From an uncultured Gammaproteobacteria bacterium (lineage in GTDB: Bacteria > Patescibacteriota > Patescibacteriia > UBA11705), in the NCBI GenBank assembly GCA_964592195.1, contig CAZQEI010000006.1, positions 1 through 61,202 of the forward strand: a stretch of DNA of 61,202 nucleotides, given 5' to 3'. Below are positions 1 through 7,089 of this stretch, one piece after another. The notes beneath the pieces are model-generated. The model was not told the origin of the DNA. It did not search any database and saw only the letters and a list, made by a program, of their open reading frames with translations. Made by a program: the position numbers and the translations under genes. How positions within the stretch are numbered: position 1 is the stretch's first letter; every line of letters begins with the position of its first letter.

Positions 1-566
1 ATGGATTGGATGGTTTGGTCTCCGGAATCAGTATTGTTGGCGCGTTAATAATTTTTGCCACCGCTCAATTTATGGGCAATCCGCAGCCTGAGATTGCCTT
101 GTTATCGATGATATTAGCAGGTGCTTTAATCGGATTTTGGTTATTTAATTTTAATCCAGCGCATATATTTCTAGGAGAAGGTGGAAGCTTGTTGTGTGGT
201 TTTCTATTGGGAGTATTGTCAATCATGAGTGGTAGTAAAGTTGCTGTCACCTTACTGGTGGTAGCTTTACCTGCTTGTGATTTTATCTGGACGATTTTAA
301 GGCGGTTATTAACGGGACAAAATCCATTTACCACCGCAGATAGAAAGCATTTACATCATCGTTTGCTGGGAATTAATTGGACTGCGAAGAAGGTGGTTGT
401 TGTTTATTATTTAATTTCCATAGTTCTTGGCGTAACGGCAATTTTATTACAAAAAGTCATGTTTGGTTTGATAATATTGGCTTTGTTAAGTTTAATTATA
501 TTTATAGGTTTGTTGTGGTATGCGAATAAACACTCGCGTGCCATTGACAACTTATTGAAGAAATAG
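1..566 (+). CDS. Polyprenyl-phosphate sugar-1-phosphate transferase (GT4, WecA/TagO/MraY-like), C-terminal part; 5' end outside window
   Basis: Frame is open to nt 1. The first residues read GLDGLVSG (DGxDGL family motif), followed by DRKHLHHRLL. The remainder is a series of hydrophobic TM segments. Confidence 0.75.
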   Translation, partial: GLDGLVSGISIVGALIIFATAQFMGNPQPEIALLSMILAGALIGFWLFNFNPAHIFLGEGGSLLCGFLLGVLSIMSGSKVAVTLLVVALPACDFIWTILRRLLTGQNPFTTADRKHLHHRLLGINWTAKKVVVVYYLISIVLGVTAILLQKVMFGLIILALLSLIIFIGLLWYANKHSRAIDNLLKK

Positions 567-615
567 TATTGTTCCTTTTCGTTCTTGAACAAACCACCGA
601 CCAAGGAGTCTGGTT

Positions 616-1143
616 ATGAAAGTGAAGCTCTACTCATTGACAGCTGAGATGTATGTGAAGCTTACTGAATATGTTGCCAATCATGAGCACGCTAAGGAGG
701 TAATATATTTTAATGAAAAACGAAAACGTCCAGAAGTTCGTTTTACTCCATTGATTAATATTTCAGCAGTTGAATTGGACGATAATCAAGGGCGTTTAAA
801 TGTCGAGGTAATATTCTTCGACAAAGTCCTGACTCTCGAATGTCAAAAAGCCTATTGTTTCAACATGAAGAAGACAATTAGAACGCTGCCGGCTGGTACC
901 ACTTCTGGGCAGTTTGAAGAAAAGCTTAGAAATGACGAAGTTGGTGAATTTGACTTTGTTACTGTTCAAGGTCATGAGGAAATGAGACATGAAACCTTGG
1001 AAATTGATCAGGTTGATGTTCCTACTTATCAAACAAAATTGAAGATTGTTCCTTTGAATCCGGAAGATCTTATGAGTTGCTTGGAATATCAATTTACTAA
1101 TCGAAGGCCATTTGTTATTGATGGTGGGGAACACTGCTCATAA
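616..1143 (+). CDS. Hypothetical protein (175 aa)
   Basis: AAGGAG RBS 7 nt upstream of the ATG; followed by a clean terminator; no recognisable motif. Confidence 0.5.
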   Translation: MKVKLYSLTAEMYVKLTEYVANHEHAKEVIYFNEKRKRPEVRFTPLINISAVELDDNQGRLNVEVIFFDKVLTLECQKAYCFNMKKTIRTLPAGTTSGQFEEKLRNDEVGEFDFVTVQGHEEMRHETLEIDQVDVPTYQTKLKIVPLNPEDLMSCLEYQFTNRRPFVIDGGEHCS

Positions 1144-1149
1144 TAGAAT

Positions 1150-1172
1150 CTCGCTAATTTAGCGAGTTTTTT
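1150..1172 (+). terminator. Rho-independent terminator
   Basis: Stem CTCGCT/AGCGAG, loop AATTT, then TTTTTT. Confidence 0.7.
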
Positions 1173-1220
1173 AATTAGTTGATCAATGCTCATTGTTCAA
1201 TGATCAATGGCTCCTGTCTC

Positions 1221-1249
1221 TTGACTTTCCCCTAAAATAAGTGTATTAT
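1221..1249 (+). promoter_or_regulatory. Sigma70-type promoter of rplU
   Basis: TTGACT, 17-nt spacer, TATTAT. Confidence 0.5.
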
Positions 1250-1279
1250 GGAACCACTAATAATTTTGACTTAAATACT

Positions 1280-1726
1280 ATGTCTTTTGCAGTAATCAAG
1301 ACCGGCGGTAAGCAATATTGCGTGAAAGTCGGCGAACTCTTAAAAGTAGAAAAATTGGAAGGCGCGGTCGGCGATAAAGTCGCTTTTGACCAAGTTTTAT
1401 TAATTGTTGATGGTGAAAATGTTGAATTAGGACAACCAGTCTTAGCTGGTCAAATCGTAGACGCGGAAATCATCCTCCAAGACAAAGAACGAACAGTGCG
1501 CGTAGAAAAGTTTAAATCCAAGGTTCGTTACCATCGTGTCTATGGTCATCGACAACCTTTTACTAAAGTGCGAATTTTATCCATTGCTGGTAAAACAGAA
1601 GTTGATAAAAAAGCGGTGAAGAAGACCACTGGTCCAAAACAAACTGCTCCTAAAATGGCGATAAAGAAACCAACAAAGAAAGTGGCCACCAAAACTACCA
1701 AGAAAACTGTTAAGAAAACCAAATAA
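1280..1726 (+). CDS. rplU: 50S ribosomal protein L21 with Lys-rich C-terminal tail
   Basis: MSFAVIKTGGKQY... is the canonical L21 N-terminus. ATG 1280 is preferred because the -10 box lies inside the longer GTG-1241 ORF. There is a ~45-aa KKxxK-type tail and no rpmA downstream. Confidence 0.9.
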   Translation: MSFAVIKTGGKQYCVKVGELLKVEKLEGAVGDKVAFDQVLLIVDGENVELGQPVLAGQIVDAEIILQDKERTVRVEKFKSKVRYHRVYGHRQPFTKVRILSIAGKTEVDKKAVKKTTGPKQTAPKMAIKKPTKKVATKTTKKTVKKTK

Positions 1727-1741
1727 ATTTTCATAAAAAAA

Positions 1742-1764
1742 TCTCGCTTCGGCGGGGTTTTTTG
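1742..1764 (+). terminator. Rho-independent terminator (UUCG loop)
   Basis: Stem TCTCGC/GCGGGG (with G-U pairs), loop TTCG, T-run. Confidence 0.65.
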
Positions 1765-1850
1765 TTTGCTATTTATCCACTGTTAACTCAGGCTCGAAAA
1801 TGATAAAATGTTCCTAATAGTTCTTTTGAAAAACCAAACAGGGGAGTGAA

Positions 1851-2165
1851 ATGTCCGATCTTGGGGCGTGGGAATTAAATCTTTATGGTTGTAAATTAGA
1901 AGCCGCCACTTGGTTGGTTGATCAAAGCACAAAAGGAATGAGTTATGAATACAAGTGGTTATCTGGGTTAGGTGAAGCTGAATATCCGTTATGTCGACAT
2001 ACTTTAAAAGATGGCCGAATCGTGGATGAAACCGTCCAAGTACAACGACAAGTGGGACGCAAAATTCATTGTTTTATTGCTTTAAAATTTCATGATGGCG
2101 ATTGGGTCCCAGTATCCTTGTGGAGGTTAAAAGAAATAGAAGAAAATTTGCGATTGAAAAAATAA
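1851..2165 (+). CDS. Hypothetical protein (104 aa)
   Basis: GGGGAG RBS; terminator at 2167-2188. Confidence 0.5.
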   Translation: MSDLGAWELNLYGCKLEAATWLVDQSTKGMSYEYKWLSGLGEAEYPLCRHTLKDGRIVDETVQVQRQVGRKIHCFIALKFHDGDWVPVSLWRLKEIEENLRLKK

Positions 2166-2166
2166 T

Positions 2167-2188
2167 ACGGCCAATGTGCCGTTTTTTT
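2167..2188 (+). terminator. Rho-independent terminator
   Basis: ACGGC/GCCGT stem followed by TTTTTTT. Confidence 0.65.
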
Positions 2189-2266
2189 GCTACCAATAAC
2201 GAATTAGCTACGCCATATCATTCGATATGGCTGTCATGTCGAATGACATGACGAAACTACGAATCC
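2189..2266. repeat. Twin-hairpin intergenic repeat (family D), copy 1
   Basis: GCTACGCCATATCATTCGATATGGCTGTCATGTCGAATGACATGACGAA is near-identical to 32931-32983. The leader GCTACCAATAACGAAT is shared with 37350. Confidence 0.8.
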
Positions 2267-2296
2267 GGTTTTGAAAATATATAATTTATTGGTACA

Positions 2297-2575
2297 ATGG
2301 AATATATGAAAGAAGAGCAGCCAAAAATTGGACAAGAAATTTATGTGGGTTCAGAATTATATCTGAATCATGGTTTAGATGACCTTCAGGGTGGATTAAC
2401 ACAGGTGATTGAGGTTGTACAAGATGAACATGGCCATTGGTGGGTGGAGGTCGAAGTTTCTCCTGGTGAAAAATACAACTGGGATTACTTACAATCGCTA
2501 CAATCAGAATGGCAGGTAAGGTGTGGTAAACAACAAGCACAACGTGATCCGGACAGTCGAGATGAATTTAATTAA
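2297..2575 (+). CDS. Hypothetical protein (92 aa)
   Basis: ORF followed by the hairpin terminator at 2579-2600; no motif recognised. Confidence 0.45.
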   Translation: MEYMKEEQPKIGQEIYVGSELYLNHGLDDLQGGLTQVIEVVQDEHGHWWVEVEVSPGEKYNWDYLQSLQSEWQVRCGKQQAQRDPDSRDEFN

Positions 2576-2578
2576 AAA

Positions 2579-2600
2579 ATAGCCGCTGCGGCTATTTTTT
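2579..2600. terminator. Bidirectional hairpin terminator
   Basis: ATAGCCG/CGGCTAT stem flanked by an A-run and a T-run, lying between convergent genes. Confidence 0.6.
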
Positions 2601-2612
2601 GTTTGTCTATAT

Positions 2613-3215
2613 TTAAGCTTCTCTCCGGCCTTTAATTGCGTTAGCCAAGGTAACTTCGTCTGCATATTCAATATCACTCCCCATTGGTAAACCTTTGGCT
2701 AGACGAGTGATTTTAACGTTGGTTGGAAGTAATAGCTTTTTTAGATATAACATAGTCGCTTCACCTTGCATGTCTGGGTTAAGAGCTAAAATTACTTCAG
2801 TAATATTATTTTGTTGAATTCTTTCTATCAACTTTCTAACATTCAAATGTTGTTCAGTCACACCATCAATAGGATTGATAGTTCCGCCTAGCACATGGTA
2901 AACGCCATGATACTCGTTAGTTTCTTCTAAAACATTTAGATCGTGAATTTCTTCCACCACGCAGATTTGCTTTTGATCACGACTGGAATTGCGACAAATA
3001 GGGCATAGGCCTTCTTGTTCAGTTAAATTGTGACATTGAGAACAAGTGTGCGTATTGTTTTGTAATTCAGTTAAACTTTGAATAAAACTGGTAATCTCTG
3101 ATTTGGGTTGTTTAATTAAATAAAAAACAAAACGCTCCGCGGTTTTGCGACCAATGCCGGGGAGCTTGGCGAAATCTTCAATTAAATTGTTTAACTGAGA
3201 AGGAAAGCGGGCCAT
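2613..3215 (-). CDS. recR: Recombination protein RecR
   Basis: HhH motif LPGIGRKTAERF, C4 zinc finger CSQC...CPIC, Toprim-like core. ATG 3215 lies 4 nt after the ybaB stop. Confidence 0.92.
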   Translation of the reverse strand: MARFPSQLNNLIEDFAKLPGIGRKTAERFVFYLIKQPKSEITSFIQSLTELQNNTHTCSQCHNLTEQEGLCPICRNSSRDQKQICVVEEIHDLNVLEETNEYHGVYHVLGGTINPIDGVTEQHLNVRKLIERIQQNNITEVILALNPDMQGEATMLYLKKLLLPTNVKITRLAKGLPMGSDIEYADEVTLANAIKGRREA

Positions 3216-3219
3216 ATTG

Positions 3220-3513
3220 TTACATTCCAAAGTTACCAAAGTTCATTCCACTGGACTGCATTTTCATAGCCGCAGCACGTTGAATCTTGCTGATGGCATC
3301 ATTGGCGGCTTCGGTTATCGCGTCTTGTAATTTATCTTGATTGGTTAATAATTCCGGATCAATTTCAGTTTTAAGTACAGTTTGATTGCCGTTAATGGTA
3401 ATTTTTACTTTGCCCCAAGCACCAGAACCGACAGCGGTTTCTTCGGCTAATAGAGTCTGAAGTTTTTTGGCTTGTTCACGAAGATCTTTGATTTGTTTTA
3501 GTTGGTTGAACAT
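3220..3513 (-). CDS. ybaB: Nucleoid-associated protein YbaB/EbfC
   Basis: 97 aa. GSGAWGKVKITINGNQ core typical of the family, and the classic ybaB-recR pairing. Confidence 0.85.
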   Translation of the reverse strand: MFNQLKQIKDLREQAKKLQTLLAEETAVGSGAWGKVKITINGNQTVLKTEIDPELLTNQDKLQDAITEAANDAISKIQRAAAMKMQSSGMNFGNFGM

Positions 3514-3517
3514 TTTG

Positions 3518-3603
3518 TTTAAGTGAGTAAGTTAGTAAGTGTGTAAGTCTATAAGTGTATCGTTACTGACGAACTGACAAACTTATAAACTGATGAACTT
3601 AAT
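3518..3603. repeat. Dispersed imperfect-palindrome repeat, family A (GTAAGT / ACTTAC words)
   Basis: The left arm is rich in TAAGT words and the right arm in their complement. CTGACAAACTTATAAAC is shared with 16671-16758, and the element is related to 10161-10235. Confidence 0.7.
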
Positions 3604-3606
3604 TAA

Positions 3607-4998
3607 TTAATATTCAGTTCCGGAGCCGGCGTAGTTACTATATTTTTTATCCAAATTCTTATACGAAGCTTGCGCGCCTTCGAAGTATAGGCGAATAATG
3701 CCAGTCGGACCATTACGATGTTTGGCGATGTGAATTTCAGCAATAGATTTATCTTCCGGTGTTAATTCTTCAATATTATAATTACGATCCATGGCTTTAC
3801 GGTAAATAAACATTACGATATCCGCATCTTGTTCGATTGATCCAGATTCTCTCAAGTGGGAAAGTTTCGGAATAGCTGGTTTACTCATTTCCACAGCGCG
3901 AGATAACTGGGATAGGGCTAAGACTGGAACATCCAGTTCACGAGCAATTTGTTTTAACGCTCGGGTAATTTCAGCCACGGCTTGCACGCGATTTTCTGCA
4001 TTGGCGCGTGATTCCATTAACTGCAAATAGTCGATGATAATTAAACCTAAACCATGTTCCATCTTCAATCTACGTGCTTTTGTTCTGATATCAATAACGC
4101 TGGCGGCTGCGGAATCATCGATGTAAATAGGGGCTTCGGACAAAACACCCATGCCATGACCCAGTTTGGGGAAATCATCATCTTCTTCACGAGAAGAAAG
4201 TTTACCAGTTCGGATTTTCCATAAATCAATGTTCGCTTCCGCGCACAGCATACGATCAACCAACTGTTCCTTTGACATTTCCAAACTGAAATAACCAACT
4301 GGAACCTTGGCCTTTACCGCAACTTGACGGGCAATGTCCAACGCCAATGAAGTTTTCCCCATGGATGGGCGAGCGGCGAGGATGATTAAATCAGATTTCT
4401 GTAAACCGGCCAGATGATCATCAAGATCGGTAAATCCAGTTGGTACACCGCGAAGCTGACCAGCATTGCGATGTAGATCATCAATACGATCAAAGGCGTC
4501 ATTCAATACATTTTTTATAGAAACGAAAGTTTTTTTATTATTTTGTTCTGATACTTGAAACAAAGCTTGTTCGGCCTGATCAATGACCGTGTCGATTTCT
4601 TCCTCTTCTTTGTAACCTAAAGTGGAAATTTTATTTGCCGCATCAATCAATCTTCTTAATGTGGCTTTTTTTACAATAATGTTGGCATAGTTAACTGCAT
4701 TACCGGAAGTTGCCACTTGATTGGTTAATTCCACTAAGTATGTTCGTCCACCAACAGATTCTAATAACTTTTTTTCTTCTAATATGTTTGTTAATGTCAG
4801 TAAATCAATTGGTTCATGAGTGGCATAAAGCTGGATCATGCAATCAAAAATAGTGGCATGGCTGGTGCGGTAGAAGTCGTCTTTGGTAATTAAATCAGCG
4901 ATTTTAAAGAAGACTTCGCTGTCAATTAAAACCGAACCCAGCAAAGATTGCTCAGCTTCGAGATTTTGAGGAGGAATTTTGGAAAAACTGTCTGACAT
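3607..4998 (-). CDS. dnaB: Replicative DNA helicase DnaB
   Basis: N-terminal PPQNLEAEQSLLGSVL, Walker A GARPSMGKTS, and a RecA-like C-terminal domain. Confidence 0.95.
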   Translation of the reverse strand: MSDSFSKIPPQNLEAEQSLLGSVLIDSEVFFKIADLITKDDFYRTSHATIFDCMIQLYATHEPIDLLTLTNILEEKKLLESVGGRTYLVELTNQVATSGNAVNYANIIVKKATLRRLIDAANKISTLGYKEEEEIDTVIDQAEQALFQVSEQNNKKTFVSIKNVLNDAFDRIDDLHRNAGQLRGVPTGFTDLDDHLAGLQKSDLIILAARPSMGKTSLALDIARQVAVKAKVPVGYFSLEMSKEQLVDRMLCAEANIDLWKIRTGKLSSREEDDDFPKLGHGMGVLSEAPIYIDDSAAASVIDIRTKARRLKMEHGLGLIIIDYLQLMESRANAENRVQAVAEITRALKQIARELDVPVLALSQLSRAVEMSKPAIPKLSHLRESGSIEQDADIVMFIYRKAMDRNYNIEELTPEDKSIAEIHIAKHRNGPTGIIRLYFEGAQASYKNLDKKYSNYAGSGTEY

Positions 4999-5101
4999 AG
5001 TGATTACATTTTAGCTTATTAGTAGGGAAGTAACAAGTTGATATTGTGTGAACAGATTAATTGTAGGCGCACAAGCTTTGGTGCGCATATATTACCCCCT
5101 A

Positions 5102-5129
5102 TTGACAAATCTATTTAATGTGATATAAT
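5102..5129 (+). promoter_or_regulatory. Consensus extended -10 promoter of the sRNA
   Basis: TTGACA (5102-5107), 16-nt spacer ending TGa, TATAAT (5124-5129). Confidence 0.75.
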
Positions 5130-5135
5130 ATATGC

Positions 5136-5354
5136 GCACGCTCGGAGTCCTACGGTGGCCAGCAGAGACGTGTACTGCGTCAAACCTGGTAACAACCAGA
5201 GGGCGGCCGAGCCCGGTACCGCGCCGGAACCAAAGCGGAACGATTCCCTACTTCCCTACACGGAGGTGCGCGCAATGACTCGGAGCCGCGACAGTCCCAA
5301 CAATTCATTCTGAACGTGAGGCCCTGCCTATCTAGGTGGGGTCGTCTTTTTTTT
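5136..5354 (+). ncRNA. Unclassified GC-rich structured small RNA (~220 nt)
   Basis: Begins ~7 nt after the -10 box. It is GC-rich, has no ORF, and its 5' GCGCAC pairs with GTGCGC ~130 nt downstream. It ends in a hairpin (~5319-5343) plus a T8 run. Confidence 0.6.
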
Positions 5355-5371
5355 ATCTAAAATTAGACAAT

Positions 5372-5475
5372 TAGTAAGTTGGTAACTAGTATAGTAGTAA
5401 CGTGGTACAAGGTATTAATCATTTTAAATTAAATTTCATTGTACCAATTTACTCTTTTACCAATTACTAATGTAC
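5372..5475. repeat. Family B repeat pair (TAGTAAGTTGGTAA...GTGGTACA) in inverted orientation
   Basis: 5372-5412 is 36/41 identical to 51873-51913. 5437-5475 is the inverted partner. Further copies lie at 21871-21912 and 11600-11660. Confidence 0.75.
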
Positions 5476-5486
5476 TCATGCAGCTA

Positions 5487-5515
5487 TTGACAAATTTATT
5501 ATTCTATGCTATAAT
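5487..5515 (+). promoter_or_regulatory. Consensus extended -10 promoter of the large RNA
   Basis: TTGACA (5487-5492), 17-nt spacer ending TGc, TATAAT (5510-5515). The -35 context ATTGACAAAT matches the sRNA promoter. Confidence 0.75.
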
Positions 5516-5521
5516 ACTAAG

Positions 5522-7035
5522 TTGTCGTTTGACAATTTACACATAGATTTTTAAGAGATATAGGCGTCTAAGACTGAAAACCAGATCTAACGACCACCAA
5601 CCGAGTGTGTGGTGGCTGAAAGGAGGTTTGACATGGATTGGACGTGATTAAAGGAACGCAGAAACAATCCCGGGACAGGGCCAAGTGTCCAGTCTGAGTC
5701 ATTTCGCGTAAGCTCCGCCCATAGTTGTGCCCGTCAGGGTATGCAAGCGGAGGGTATCGGGATTTGATTCAGTTGATACGAGACGAACCAGTAGGAGACT
5801 CGGACCTCTACCAAACTCGTGTGAGGGCGGGGAGGAAAGAGGCCCTCCGGTGATATGGCCTGCTTCGGGTCTGAGACCAACCCGGTCAACCCGACGCGAT
5901 GTTTAACAGTCCCCTTCAGAATGGAGGCCTTCGATGCTATTCATTCATCGGCTTCTCAACTCGCGCAGGCGTGAGCGCTAAAATTCGGTGACAGCGCGGT
6001 AAAATAGTCACCAAAGGGTTTTAATCAGGGCCTCTGATTAAAACGATCTAGCGGGTTATGTAGTAGCCGTGGCTCCCGCTAGAGTTCGAGTAACATGGAG
6101 CTAGCCACACCGCGTGTTTTCAGAAAAGGAGGATGGCGATAATGCGCTACATTCGCGACGGCCCGTAGTTCACTACTGGAGCACGTGGATGCACAGCTCA
6201 GGATGTCTGCCCCGCCCGCAACTGCACACGCAGTCCCGCACTACATCGCGTGGGCTGTCGTCGGCGAAGCGGCCGGGTACACGCGCTCATCATCGACTGA
6301 TGCTCCCTACTTGGTTTCGCTGTCTTGTGTGTGACAGGCCCAAGTGAGCCGACGACCATCGGCATCGGGGAGTAAATAGGAGGCGCTATGCCGCGTGATC
6401 CCCCGTAATCAACAACTGACCCTGGGGATGTTCCCGCACAGAGAATGCTTTCTTCCGTTCTGTAACTAGCCCCGGCCGCAAAAGAAGCGGTTCACATCGG
6501 CCAGCGACAAGGCACGATGACGGGTCAGCACCAAGCCATGAGGCGAAGGAGTTTTCCATGTATGACTGGTGGTAAAGAGCCTTTCATCCACTTCAGGCAG
6601 AACAATGGAAAGTGGACAAGGGCCTGACAGGATTGAAGATCTCAGTCCGAGGCGATCCGTATGTTTTGATGCGGAGTTAACAAGGGTCATGAATCGTGCC
6701 GAGGTGCGAAGTTCATGACGATCAGATCTGCCACACGCCGATAACGACATTGGCTTGGTAGACTGAGTTCCTAAACTCTGGTGGGCGTAAGGTATCCTCC
6801 GACTGGTGTCGGTTGTGAATGCTTATTGCCACGCAAACAGCCTTCTGGAGGTTCAATGATTAGAGCACCCCCGAGTCGCGAGCCTTGCAGGCTCACATCG
6901 GATCAGGCGAGTAGCTGAGTCGCATGCGCCAATCGAGATCGTCAACGACGATTCTCGCCGCTTTCAAGCGGATGTCGCGCGTCGCGTTAGGCGAAAGTCT
7001 CGAGAACATGAGACGGACTAACCTCCGTCTCTTAA
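5522..7035 (+). ncRNA. Candidate giant structured non-coding RNA (~1.5 kb), class unknown
   Basis: Runs from promoter to terminator with no credible ORF. Sampled lines give 52-67 % GC in an AT-rich genome. Perfect helices include 6018-6028/6034-6044, 6047-6055/6075-6083 and 6686-6693/6712-6719. Confidence 0.6.
7010..7031 (+). terminator. Terminal hairpin of the large RNA
   Basis: GAGACGGA/TCCGTCTC 8-bp stem, loop CTAACC, with only a weak T tract after it. Confidence 0.5.
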
Positions 7036-7063
7036 ATTTGGAAAAATTTTATTGAAAAATAAA

Positions 7064-7088
7064 AGAGGCTATTATGCCTCTGTTTTTT
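7064..7088. terminator. Bidirectional rho-independent terminator
   Basis: AGAGGC/GCCTCT stem flanked by an A-run and GTTTTTT. It serves the + strand RNA unit and the minus-strand HAD gene. Confidence 0.7.
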
Positions 7089-7089
7089 A

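Noticed and set aside
1241-1279. Longer N-terminal extensions suggested by the ORF track (rplU from 1241, recR from 3239, secA from 27901, proS from 46167, greA from 52073 and others)
   Set aside because: Internal ATGs reproduce the canonical family N-termini. The extensions also overlap promoters, upstream stops or spacer repeats.
5136-5354. Calling the ~220-nt sRNA an SRP (4.5S/scRNA) or 6S RNA
   Set aside because: I could not locate the helix-8 GNRA tetraloop with the flanking AGCA/GGAA loops. A 6S-type end-to-end closing stem is not evident either, because the 5' end pairs ~130 nt in rather than with the 3' end. The family stays unassigned pending a covariance-model search.
6114-6750. 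ORFs 6114-6347 (+, 77 aa) and 6466-6750 (-, 94 aa) inside the GC-rich block
   Set aside because: They are Arg/Ser/Pro/Cys-rich translations typical of random frames in GC-rich DNA. They have no RBS, lie on opposite strands, and cover only a fraction of a 1.5-kb unit that has its own promoter and terminator. I treat the region as RNA.
5522-7035. The GC-rich block as an rRNA, RNase P RNA, tmRNA or group II intron
   Set aside because: None of the 16S landmarks I know are present (GTGCCAGCAGCCGCGGTAA, GGATTAGATACCC, TGTACACACCGCCCGT). GGAGGAAAGAGGCC at ~5830 only superficially resembles the RNase P GAGGAAAGUCCGGGC, and the ACAGAA..GGCUUA partner is absent. There is no GGUUCGA T-arm or CCA end, and no domain-V-like AGC hairpin. 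It therefore stays unclassified.
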